Assembly (NCBI GenBank): GCA_030324005.1
Contig: JARDVH010000121.1
Span: forward strand, 55,904,101-55,968,100
Direction: 5' to 3'
From: Negaprion brevirostris
Lineage: Eukaryota
Length of the DNA stretch: 64,000 bases
Under the pieces are notes generated by a model, which worked only from the letters and a program-made list of their open reading frames with translations, was not told the origin of the DNA and did no database searches. Of this stretch, positions 49,700-61,000 are shown one piece after another (the stretch's first letter is position 1; the number at the start of each line of letters is the position of its first letter). The position numbers and the translations under genes are program-made.

Positions 49700-50035
49700 G
49701 CGGCAGCAGTGTCTAACCACTGTGCCACCATGCTGCCTCAATACAGTACTGTGGCACTGTGGTTAGCACTGCTGCCTCACAGCATCATGGACCCAGGTTC
49801 AATTCCGGCCTTGGGTGATTGCATGGGTTTCCTTCCACCACCCGAAGATGTGCATGTTGTGGATTGGCCGTGCTAGAGTGTCTCCAGATATGTAGGTTAG
49901 GGGGATTACTAGGGTAAATGTGTTGGGTTACGGGGATACGGCAAGGGGTGGGCCTGATTAAGATACTTTGTCGAAGAGTTGGTGCAAACGCAATGGGCCA
50001 AATGGCCTCCTTCTGCACTCAAGGGGTCCTTTGAT
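49700..50035 (+). mobile_element. HE1-type SINE (49750-50035, +) preceded by an inverted HE1 head (49700-49738, -)
   Basis: gcggcagcagtgtctaaccactgtgccaccatgctgcc is followed by gtggcactgtggttagcactgctgcctcacagc...gggccaaatggcctccttctgcac. Confidence 0.85.
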
Positions 50036-51636
50036 TGTATTATAGTAGCTGAAGAGGGAAGCCATAGCAAGTGTGTGCAAAACTTAAACATACTTTCTTT
50101 ATTTAATCTCTGCACTATAATTGAAGGCACTTCAGTAAAGAGCTGCTGTTGTAGGAGTTACTGAAGCCAGCCAAAAACTTCCATATAATTTTCATAGACT
50201 GTATATTATACTGTATTAGCACTTGACACAGTTGAAAAGGTCAGCTGTTGCGACGCAAGATTTTCTGAAACAGTATTTGAAATTAGCAACGCTTTAGAGC
50301 CTCAATCTGGCATACCCCTTCTTAAAATTTATATTTCACATGAGACCAATTGCATAGAGAGTGACTTGTTTCTGAAGTAGTACTATATTCGCACAAATAT
50401 ATAGAGACCACCCTGATACAATAGTGAAGGGAATCACGGAGCATAAAATTAGAATGGTTTCTGCAGCAGTTGGTAATTTTGAAATGTGACATGGTTTTGA
50501 GAAATCATTTCAGAAAAGCGGCTGTGACAGAAACAGGGCCACTTTAGCTGCTTGTGCTGAAAGTGGTTCTGGGTGAACGTGATGCTAGATACTTAGTCTG
50601 GATGCTAATGCGGACAAATAAATAATTTGGCGAAGCCTACCCCAACTATATTTCAAATAATACAGTGAAGAATGTTGTGAAATACTTTGTGGAAAGTTCT
50701 TTCTACAGCATTTCTTTCCATTTTGAGCTCCTTCTCATGTACTTCTGTTGCAGCAAAAGGCATCCCCTAATATACAGATAAATTACATGTAGCATTTAAT
50801 TTCATAGTTTTATGCAGCAAGTTCAAATTGAAAATGTACCTAATAGTGGTGATGAGCTTGGAAGGAGTTTCTTCATTTTAAAGAATGATTTGAGGCAGGA
50901 AATGTTGTGGCTCAAATTCTTTTAAGAATGGAGGAAAACAAAGGTGATACAAAATCAAAAATACCAAGACTTCAGTCAAATCAGATTAAATTCAGTGTGA
51001 TCCCTTGATTTTCAGCATTTACTTTTGCAAATAAAATGATCTTAGCAGAATTCCCTTTTGAATTCTGATTCCCTCAAGTGGAAACCTCTTGTTTAACAAT
51101 GACATCGACTTGTCAATATTGCTCGACTGCTGGTCGTCTGCTGCAAACATTCCTAAAGAAAGGTGAAAGAAAATTTAAGTGCAGGCTTTTTCAAAATGGA
51201 AATTCCTTGAAACTAGTCAATGTAGGATGCTTAATATGTTTGCACTGTAAATTATAAATCTGGTGTTCTTGCAGATGCAAAATTAGAAGGATCCACATTA
51301 TGGAGATTGATCATGACCTTAAATCAAATGCCGTTTAAAAATAACCCCATGAGCAAACCACCCAAGATGGAAGAAATCTAACAAAGGGTCTAATGAAGCT
51401 TGCATATCTCACTTCACCATTTAGATCTATGGATAGGCTCTCACAATGTCCGTTTCTGTCTTGGTGCCAAGCCACTTTGCATTTCCAAGTTCTTAGGATG
51501 TCCTGATTTTAGTTGGGAATGAGCAGATTTTTTTTGTGGTGATGGCTAATGCTGTTCAAACGTAAGGTCACATTTGAACACAGGTAACATTTGTTTTTTT
51601 AAATAATTATATACCAGGTGTAATGCAAAGGGTGGA

Positions 51637-51830
51637 GGACGTCTTGTGGCACAGCGGAGAGCGTTCCTTCTACTCTGTGGATTCTGTTCTAGGATACTGA
51701 ACCTGAAGTTCTAGATTTAAATCCTCCTTCAGCTGGCCAAGGAAGGTGTATTTATAATGCAGCCAAACCCATTTGAGTATCAACCTATAAATCCTTCCAA
51801 CATACACCCATTGCAGGTGGTAAGAGCAGG
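51637..51830 (+). mobile_element. Old tRNA-derived SINE (different family)
   Basis: A-box-like gtggcacagcgg head, and tggccaaggaaggtg...gcagccaaac...aaatccttccaac body. Confidence 0.5.
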
Positions 51831-52003
51831 ACTGAATGTATAGTTGTTAAATTTGCTGATGGCACAAAGATAGATAGGAAAATTAGCTCTGAACAGGAGA
51901 TAAAGAGCCTGCAAAGGAAATATAGATAGGCTAAGTGAATAGGGAAAAAATAGCAGATGAAGTATAATGTGGACAAATGTGAATTTGTTCATTTTGGCAG
52001 GGT
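51830..52003 (+). mobile_element. CR1 RT C-terminal fragment
   Basis: VVKFADGTKI, MKYNVDKCEFVHFGR. Confidence 0.85.
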
Positions 52004-53790
52004 CAAGGGTACAGTGTGGCTGCAGGACGCCCTTCTTGGAGAGTTTGAACAGCCAGATATTGTGATTGTCATTGGTAGCAACTACATTGATAGGAAGAAC
52101 GTTGAGGTCCAAAAGCAGATTTGAGGGGGTTAGGAAGGAAATTAAAAAGCAGGACTACAAGAGCAATAATCTCAAGGTTATTCTCCCAGTGCCAAGTGAT
52201 AGCAAGCATGGGAATTGGAGGATTGATTGAATGTGTGGCTGGAGAGTTTGTGTAGGTGAGCAGCATCAGGTTTTGGAGGCATTGGGACCGATTCTGGGCT
52301 CGGGTGGAATCTGTACAAGATGGAAGGGTCACACCTCAACAGGAACAGGGCTAATATCCTCGCAGGGAGATTTGTTCATGTTGATGAGGAGGGTTCACAA
52401 ACTAGCTTGTTAGTGGGATGGGAACCTGAGGATAGCTCAATGGGAAGTGAAGTTGGTGACAGAAGTAGAAAAGTAGCGAAGTGAAGTTAGAAGACAAGCA
52501 TCAACTAAGTTTGGAATGTGGAATAATATCAAAAAGCCAAAATTAAGAACACTACGTGAATGCACGCAGCATTTGCAACAAGGTGGATGATTTAAAGATG
52601 CAAATTGAGGTAAATGGATATGATCTAAATGCCATTACATGAACATCGTTGCAGGGTGACCAAGACTGGGAATTGGATATTCAAGGGTATTATACATTTT
52701 AGAAGGTGAAAAGGAGATGGTGCTGATAAGACATTGCCAAAAATGGATGGGATCAGCCCACTAGTAAGGGATGATCTCAGGTCTCAAGAACAAAATGTTG
52801 AGTGGAACTAAAACAGCAAGGGACAGCAACATTGGTAGTTGTTTAAAGGCCACTAAACAGTAGTGGTAGTGTTGGGCATTGTATTAATCAGGTGATTAGA
52901 GAAGCAGGTGGCAATGGTAATACAGTAATCATGGGTGACGTCAATCTGCATATAGACAAGGTAAATCTCATGAGCATGAACGTGGAAGATGTTACTGGAG
53001 CATGTTCGGAATAATTTTCTAGAGCAATGTGTTAAGAAACTGATTAGAGAACAGGCTGTTTTTAATCTAGTATTGTGTAATAAGAGCTAATTAATAATCT
53101 AGTTGCAAAATAACCTTTAGGGATGAGTGATCATAATATGATAGAACTTGACATTTATGTTTGAAAGTAAGCTAGTTTGATTTGAAGCATGTGTTATTTT
53201 TGAACAAAGGAAATGATGATGGTGTAAGGGGCAAATTGGCTAAGATGGATTGAGAAAAGACATTAAAAGAAATGATGGTACATAAACATCATCCAATGCC
53301 TAAGTAATTATTACATGCTTCACAGCAACTATACTTTCTGTAAAGGCACAAAGACCCAAAAAGAGAAGTCAGTCAGCTGAAGGAAGTTGAGGAAAAAGTT
53401 TCTAAAATTGCCTATTCTAGTAGCAAACCTGAGGATTGGGAGCATTTTAGAAGAAAGCAAAGGAGGTCCAAGAGACTTAAGGAAAAGGAGAATAGAATAT
53501 GAATGTAAATCAGCACTTTGGGTTGTGAATTCCACTGGCTCATGATCTTTTGAGAGAGGAGAGTTTCTCCTCATCTGTTTTAAATCTGCTATCCCTTATT
53601 CTAAAACTATAACCTCTTGTTCTTGATTGCCCCAAAAGAGGAAGTATCTACTTTACAATGTAAGGGAGAATGAGAAATTGAAGGAAATTAGTATTTGTTA
53701 GAAAATTGTATTGAAGAAATTAATGGGACTGAAGGTAATAAGTCCCTGGCACCAGCATATTCTACATCTTGGAGGATTGAAAGAAATAGT
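52000..53790 (+). mobile_element. CR1 LINE: ORF1 SGNH esterase remnant, ORF2 endonuclease and linker (first part)
   Basis: ORF1 remnants QPDIVIVIGSN and LYKMEGSHLNRNRANILAGRF. ORF2 remnants NARSICNKVDDL, LQGDQDWELDIQGY, VIMGDVNL and LGMSDHNMIE, ending in KLMGLK..KSpG...LH...LKEI. Confidence 0.9.
53513..53652 (-). mobile_element. Inverted CR1 3' fragment inside the LINE
   Basis: gaattccact...tttctcctcatctgttttaaatctgctatcccttattct, homologous to 21830-21930 in reverse CR1 orientation. Confidence 0.75.
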
Positions 53791-53791
53791 T

Positions 53792-53912
53792 TTCAAGTTT
53801 TTATTTATTAGTCACAAGTAGGCTTAGATTCACACTGCAATGAAGTTACTGTGAAACTCTCCTAGTCACCACAGTCCGGTGCCGGTTTGGGTACACTGGG
53901 GGAGAGCTCAGC
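53792..53912 (-). mobile_element. HE1-variant SINE (subtype A), 3' tail only
   Basis: tttatttattagtcacaagtaggcttagattcacactgcaatgaagttactgtgaaa, nearly identical to 55158-55217. Confidence 0.85.
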
Positions 53913-54598
53913 ACTTCAGCACGCTGCACACAACAGGCACATTGCAGGCCCCAGACTTCCACACCAGACGGAGGGGATCAGTTTTTGATGAGCCAGTGCC
54001 GGCCTTAATAATCCGTAAATAAGGAATGAATGAAGGGGTGGGGAGCGGTGAAACTGGGAGCCAAGAATCCCGGGGGTAACCAATGAACTGAAGCCAAAAT
54101 GGTGAATAAGCATGCAGCACACCTCCGCTTTTGAGTGGAAATCTCCCAACAACTGGGCGGACTTTCCAATGAGAACTATTAAAGGAGATTAAAAATTAGA
54201 CAAGATGAAAGCATTTCTTTCCTTACATCTCCGTGGGCAGCGAGAAGCGGATAATTAGAATGGTTTCAAGCTCGAGAAAGGAGAGATTCAGGCACTGAAT
54301 GGAATAAGGAATGAGTCTAAGAGATTCTAAATCTCTAAGTGAAATGTCACTTGTTATGGATTCTGCCATGGGTGTCAGTCACACCCCTACGCTTCCTTTT
54401 AAAATGGAAATGTCTCGTTTCAGTTAATTCACCAGGATCTTCCGTTCCTTAATACTTTCATCTCGTCAAAGGGATTAATGAAAGGGGAAAGCATTGTTCA
54501 ATCAGTAAAATGCTTTATTCCAATTCGGGGTAAGACACTCAAGCAAAGCTGGAAAAAGGAGTTAGAAATAATCAGAAAGACCACCATTCTAAAGTCAA

Positions 54599-54824
54599 CG
54601 GCCAAAGTTTTCCCGCTGTTCTTGCCTGCAGGATCTTCCGGTCCCTCCAATAACGACCCTCCCCCCAATGGCGATCCACACCATGGGTCCCCAGCAGCGG
54701 AGCACACGAACGGTGGGAAAACCCATTGACAGTGGCAGGACTGGGAGATCCAACCAGCGGCGAATGGTGGGCTGCCTCCGCCACAGTGGGCGGGGGTGGG
54801 GTGGGGGGGCAGAAAATCCCACCA
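54599..54824. mobile_element. GC-rich MITE (Harbinger-like termini)
   Basis: Imperfect TIRs ggccaaagttttccc ... agaaaatcccacc, with internal inverted pairs (ggatcttccggtccc / gggagatcc). Confidence 0.65.
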
Positions 54825-54905
54825 TTGGCTCAATATATTCAAGCTTAATGGTTGCTGGAAGCAGATTCAACAGTAATAACTTTCAAAAGAGAATTGGATA
54901 AATTT

Positions 54906-55557
54906 AGGTGGCACAGTGGTTAGCACTGTTGTCTCACAGTGCCAGGGACTCAGGTTTGATTCTGGCCTTGGTCTGTGTGAAGTCTATGCGTTTTCTCTCT
55001 CTGTCTGTGTGGGTTTCTTCCAGGCGCTCTGGTTCCCTCCCACACTCCAAAGACGTGCAGATTAGGTGGACTGGCCATGCTAAATTGCCCCCTTATTGTC
55101 CCAGGACATGTAGGCTAGGTGGATTAGCCACGGTAAATGCGCTAGATTAGTTTAAACTTTATTTATTTGTGTCACAAGTAGGCTTACATTAACACTGCAA
55201 TGAAGTTACTGTGAAAGTCCTCGAGTCGCCACTCCAGTGCCTGTTTGGGTTCACTGAGGGAGAATTTAGCATGAACAATGCACCTAAACAGCAAGTCTTT
55301 TGAACTGTGTGAGGAAACCAGAGCACCCAGAGGAATTCCACGCAGACACAGGAGAAGGTGTGGGCATTGTATAGACAGTGAATGAAACTGAGAATTGAAC
55401 CTGGGTCCCTGGCGCAGTGTGGCAGCAGTGCTAACCATTTGCTTACTGGGAGAGGGGCAAGGGTAAGGGGTGGGCCTGAGCGTGATGCCCTTTCAGAAAG
55501 TCAGTGCAGTCTCGATAGGCTGAATGGCCCTCCTCCTGCGCTGTAAGGATTCTATGA
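54906..55557 (+). mobile_element. HE1-type SINE split by a subtype A SINE
   Basis: Head ggtggcacagtggttagcac to ggattagccacggtaaatg (55140). Resumes at about 55441 as gggtgggcctgagcgtgatgc...ctgtaaggattctatg. Confidence 0.88.
55150..55440 (-). mobile_element. HE1-variant SINE (subtype A), near full length
   Basis: HE1-like head and core (ggcagcagtgctaacca, ggaaaccagagcaccc) with a different tail (cacagtaacttcattgcagtgttaatgtaagcctacttgtgac...aataaataaa on the - strand). Confidence 0.88.
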
Positions 55558-56231
55558 AATATTGGAAGGAGAAGACTTTGCACTGTTACTAGGAAAGGAA
55601 CTAATTGGATAGCTCTATAAAAGCACAAGCACAAAGGGTCAAATGGTATCCTCCGCTGCTGTATCATTCTGCGATTACACCGATTCTATAAATAGCTCAC
55701 AGAGCAGGCAACATGCCAATGTCAGAATCGAGCGCTCACTACATTAAAATCTACATGACTTTGGACAGAAGCATTTAGAAACTTGCTTCAGCCAGTTGCA
55801 CCTCTAAGCAAGGTTTACTGTTTCAGCAGAAATGCTAACTATATCAAGGAGCAGACACAACAATTCCGGGAGAAGTCTATACCGAGATGGATTTTCTTTC
55901 TGCCAGATTCTCAAATGAGACGTTAATTAAGTCAGAAGTGGCATGATGGTTCGAACTAGCTACTTGAAGGGTCTGCTGATTAACATACTGCGGAATCGAC
56001 AAATCTAATTAGTCTGATTATACAGCCATTGAAGAAATATTTTCAAAAAGGTGGTGACACCTGGATAATCTCACTCCACCTTAAAACGTACAACAGTTGA
56101 CTCAAAAGTAGCAGCTATAACCTGACATTTTCCTACTCGTATCAACTTGCAGTTCGGATAATTCAGCTTTTGTCCTGTGCGAAAATCTATGGTCTACCAC
56201 AATAGTACTGAAGACCTGCGCTCCAGAACAA

Positions 56232-56545
56232 GGGTGGCACGATGGCACAGTGGTTGGCACTGCTGCCTCACAGTACCAGGAACCCTGGTTCAATTCCAGC
56301 CTCGGGTCACTGTCTGTATGGAGTTTGCACGTTCTCCCCATGTCTGTGTGGGTTTCCTCCAGGCGCTCCACTTTTCCCCCACAGTCCAAAGATGTGCAGG
56401 TTAGGTTGATTGGCCATGCTAAACTGACCCTTGCTGTCAGTGGGGTAAATATGTGGGGTTATGGGATTAGGGCCTGAGTGGGATTGTGGTCGGTGCAGAC
56501 TCAATGGGCCGAGTGGCCTCCTTCTGCAATGTCGGGATTCGATGA
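56232..56545 (+). mobile_element. HE1-type SINE, full length
   Basis: gggtggcacgatggcacagtggttggcactgctgcctcacag...ggttcaattcc...gggccgagtggcctccttctgc...gggattcgatg. Confidence 0.92.
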
Positions 56546-56819
56546 GGACATCATCCGTGTACAACTATACAGCAAGAAGGTGCAAACGAAAGACTGTCAG
56601 TCACCCTGGTTCGTAGGAAATGTATTCTGAAGTGGATATTTTAATTCAGTGCAGACTGACTTGTGATACAGGATATGAGCTTGGTCTCTTCAACAGCACC
56701 TTCTAAACCCCTGACCTCCACAACCAGCATGACCAATGGCAGCCAGAGTATGGGAACTCTTTTGTCCCTGTTTTAACCAACATTGCAATGAGTATCAGCA
56801 AGCAAGTTATTGCAAAGAA

Positions 56820-56925
56820 AATCATACAATCCCTACAGTACTGAAGGAGGCCATTCGATCCGTCAAATCTGTACTGACCACAATCCCAGCCAGGCTCTAT
56901 TCCCGTAACCCCACACATTTACCCT
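56820..56925 (-). mobile_element. HE1 SINE 3' tail
   Basis: atcatacaatccctacagtactgaaggaggccattcg...ccccacacatttaccctg. Confidence 0.8.
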
Positions 56926-56929
56926 GTTG

Positions 56930-57100
56930 GATTGCATTGTCAATGACTTCTTCCATCACTTCTGATGGTGGGACGGTAATTGGCCAATTTGGATTTGTCC
57001 TGTTTTTCGTATCTAGGACATTCCTGGATCATTTCCCACATTGCTGAGTGGATGCCAGTTTTGCAGCTGTGATGGAACAGCTTGGCCAGGGGCATGGCAT
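56930..57100 (-). mobile_element. LINE family B RT fragment
   Basis: cttccatcactt...ggtaattggccaatttggatttgtcctgtttt...tttcccacattgctgagtggatgccag, reverse-homologous to 34025-34115. Confidence 0.7.
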
Positions 57101-57105
57101 GTCTT

Positions 57106-57336
57106 CATAGAATCCCTACAGNNNNNNNNNNNNNNNNNNNNNNNNNNNNNNNNNNNNNNNNNNNNNNNNNNNNNNNNNNNNNNNNNNNNNNNNNNNNNNN
57201 NNNNNNNNNNNNNNNNNNNNNCGCAGACACGGAGAATATGCAGACTTCGCGCAGACAGTGACCCAAGCCAGGAATTGAACCTGGATCCCTGGAGCCTTGA
57301 GGCAGCAGTGCTGACCGCTGTGCCACTGTGCTGCCC
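57106..57336 (-). mobile_element. HE1-type SINE (gap 57122-57221 inside)
   Basis: catagaatccctacag...gcagacagtgacccaagccaggaattgaacc...ggcagcagtgctgaccgctgtgccactgtgctgccc. Confidence 0.9.
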
Positions 57337-57897
57337 TATTGGATGCGTTGGTGATTGTCTTCCAAAATTCTCTAAATTCTGGAACAGTTCCTGCAGATTG
57401 GAAGGTAACAAATGTCACCCTGCTATTTAAGAAGGGAGGGAAAGAGAAAACAGTGAATGACATTAGCAGTAGGGAAGATGCTAGAATCTTGTGTAAGGGA
57501 TGTGATAAATCGACAGGTGGATAATAATCTCATTGGGTATAGTCAACATGGATTTATGAACGTGAAATCATTTTTGACAAACCTGTTGGAATTTTTGAGA
57601 ATGTTAGTAACAGAATTGATAAAGGCGAGTCAATAGATGTAGTAAACTTGGATTTTCAGAAAGCTTTTGATGAAGTCCCTCATAGGATATTGGTCAGCAA
57701 AATTGAAGCACATGATATCAGACATAATATACTGGCATGGATTAAGGATTGCTAACATGCTGAAAACCGTAGAAATAATCGGGTCATTCTCACATTGGTA
57801 GGCTGTGACTCATGGGGTATGCAAGGATCAGTACTCAGTCCCCAGCTGTTTACAATATATAACATGTACATGAATGATTTGGATATGGGAATCAAAG
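57337..57897 (+). mobile_element. Continuation of the 52000-53790 CR1 ORF2 (RT domain)
   Basis: DALVIVFQNSLNSGTVPADWKVTNVTLLFKKGGKEK, SQHGFMNVKSFLTNLLEF, LDFQKAFDEVPH, QGSVLSPQLFTIY. Confidence 0.92.
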
Positions 57898-60249
57898 AGG
57901 TGGTCACATGGTAGGTGTGGATCAGATTAGGCATGGGGTTCAATCCTTGTTCTGGCTAGAATGGATTTAAGGACCTACCTCATCATCATCATACCTGTGT
58001 CACTGTGGTTCCGTGTTCTGACAGAGCGAAAGAAGAATAATTTGGAGGGTTCTTTCCATTCTGCAGGGCATCCCTTTCCTTCCATTCAAAAATAAACAGT
58101 CCCCTCTATGTATTCATTTTCTGAAATGGGGATTTCTCAATGAAAAATAGATTAACGCTGAAGAAACCTTGCAAAAAGCAATAATATTATTAATGGAGGA
58201 AGAACAATCTCAATGTAAATAAATCATAAACATAAGGATTGGGTTATGAAAGCATTGATCTTGGAGCTTTTGCACTGGATCACATATTTACAACAATAGT
58301 ACTGCCCGCCAGTGCATTCTAATGTTCTTTACTGTCAAATCTCTGCAACGGTGCCACTTTTTTGGTTCTAACTGTGTTGATATCGCGTTCGTTTTACGTG
58401 TCCTGATGTGTAAAATTAAACTGACCAGCTGGATTGTGGGGTATATTTTCCTTTTTTAAAAAAAGTAATCAGTTACGCGGTTCAGTACATTACAGCGCAA
58501 ACTTTAATTTTTTTTGGAACTAAAAATTGTTCCAGCTGTGATGAGAATGTTATGAGATGTCGAAGTCGGGCTTTAATGTGAAGCTCGTCTTCCTAGGAAA
58601 GATTTCCTTATTTGATTATAATGTCCTTTGTATGACTTGCTGTGAAATGATGGGAACCTGTCTGGAGACTAAAAGTTTATAATTGTATTGGGTTTTTATA
58701 TTCCAGAATGCAATAGCCGTGACGACTGCTCAGCACTCAAAGTTCATGAATTTAATGGAAACTGAATTTTGCATAAGGTAGATCCCCACTAACTGTAACA
58801 CTGACCTGATTTCTGGGATGATACGGTAGGTGTTATATTCATGGAAATTGATTATTGCACTTGTTATCAATTATTTATACATGCCAAAAATTCCTACTCA
58901 TGATTTGTATGCATCTTTGAATGCAGTTACAAACATGAAACCCTCTAAGTAAATTCTTCCATCTTAAAAAGAACAATTAAAATGTATTTGGCAGAATCCA
59001 ATATGACAGAACCAATTTTCCCCCATCTCCAACTTCAAATCTTTCCAACAGGTTTTGTTGCAATTGTCTTAGTTGGAAGACAGTTCAAGTTCAATATGAT
59101 GCCATCTTGCCCCTCAAGCAGAAGTTGGCAGAGAAAGATGACTGATGTGAATTCTTAACTTTTCAAACATCTAACTTCCAAGCTGTGACGAATGTTTTAG
59201 TGATCAGTTTTATTTCCCTAGAGAAATTGTAGGGTTCATAAGTTCTCCACATACCTCCAATTGCACTGGCTGATAGGTCTGCCTGCCATCAGCAGGTTTA
59301 TATACTGAAGAATGTAAAGATAACTAAAATGTTTAACTTTGCTAGTTACGGTACAACTCTTCTTTAGAGCTGTAAAATGATCTAATTATAATCTTCCAAT
59401 GAATCTCTGAAATGTATACCGAATGATTGATTATATCAGAAATGAATTGTCTGTCTTCAAAGTAATTTCAGCCAGCATTTTTTAACTTTTTACATTGTTC
59501 TCATTATTGTAATTATGCTGGTATATTGTAAATATGAGACTGAAGTTTAATATCTGCATCCAAGCCACTTTGTATAGATTTGAAGCATAGATACTTGACT
59601 TGGTCTTCACCATGTGTAATTGTGTATACTCTTGATTTGAATTGGTACTAATGACCAGTACACTAAACTTAATCATGTAAATAACCTTCTTAATGGATTG
59701 CTCGTTTGGATGGATGGTAGTGTAATTTACATCTAATTGGGTAGTTTTTGGGTAGTTATTCTCTTATTCTTTCATCCATCCTCCTCCTCTGCACCTACCC
59801 TCCCTTAAGAAGCCCTCCATGCACAACTGAAGACCAATGGAATCCTGTCACAATCAATCATCCTATATATTCTACTTATTATCATCTTAGTCTCATGTAA
59901 ATTTTGATGATTAGACTTTTTTAGAAAACAAAAATGACAAGTAACTTTCTTGCAAGTAATTAATAAGTGGGAATGAGTTCAAGATAGGCCTTGTGGTTCA
60001 GGTGATGTTTGGAAGGCAGTTTTTGCCGTTCTCCAAGCTATTTGATTGAAGTCCAGCCTTATACTCACTGTCAGATAATTGTTCTATATTTAAAAATCTG
60101 AGTTCATGCTTAGATGAGTAACTTAGACATGACATATATAATTGCTTGTGCTTGTCCCCTTTGGATTGCTATGGAACACCAAGTAATGTGTGTAATGTAG
60201 TTTGTAATGTGCTAGCACTGCACTGATATTTCATGTGAACATAGTACAG

Positions 60250-60430
60250 TTATAAAAAGCAAACTGATTGCTAGGCATCTGAAATAGGAAGAGGAAGTGT
60301 TGAATATATGAAGCAGATCAGTGCTGACTGGGAAAGATTTGATAACTTAAGTAATGCTTTGAAAGACCAAACTTGATATGTTCACCTATCCTGATTGACC
60401 AGCTTTTATTTCAGCATTTTCTGTTTCGAT
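60250..60430. repeat. Very decayed palindromic PLE-derived element
   Basis: aaaaagcaaact...tctgaaataggaagaggaagtgttgaatatatgaagcagatcag ... tatttcagcattttctgttt. Confidence 0.45.
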
Positions 60431-60665
60431 TATCAATACATACTGCAGTTTAAATTGCTTTCTAAATGAACTTTTTTGTTTAAAGACTCTAAGGCTCTTT
60501 TATATGAATGGTTATTGTTGAAGTAATGCACACTTGAGTTTCTGAAAGATGTATAATCACTATGGTAATGTCTTTTAAATGAGATTGTGCTTTTAAATCT
60601 TCAATCCCTGCGAGTATTCATCTTAATTACAAAATTAAGATAGGATGTTATGCATAATTGTGTTT

Positions 60666-61000
60666 TCATAGAATCCCTACAGTGCAGAAAGAGGCCATTC
60701 AGCCCATCGTGTCTTCCCCGACCACAATCCCACCCAGGCCCTACCCCCATATTCCTACATATTTACCCACTAATCCCTCTAACCTATGCATCTCAGGGCA
60801 CTAAGGGTAATTTTTTTTTAGCATGACCAATCAACCTAACCCGCACATCTTTGGACTGTGGGAGGAAACCAGAGTACCCAGAGGAAACCCATGCAGACAT
60901 GAGAATGTGCGAACTCCACACAGACAGTGACCCGAGCCGGGAATGGAACTCAGGTCCATGGAGCTGTGAAGCAGCAGTGCTAACCACTGTGTTACCGTGT
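60666..61000 (-). mobile_element. HE1-type SINE, full length
   Basis: catagaatccctacagtgcagaaagaggccattcagccc...ggactgtgggaggaaaccagagtaccc...gcagcagtgctaaccactgtg. Confidence 0.92.

Larger units (their letters stand above)
54845..55676 (+). mobile_element. Old CR1 3' tail (54845-54905 and 55560-55676) split by nested SINEs
   Basis: ggaagcagattcaacagtaataactttcaaaagagaattggataa resumes as actaattggatagctct...gggtcaaatggtatcctccgctgctgtatcattct. Confidence 0.65.
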
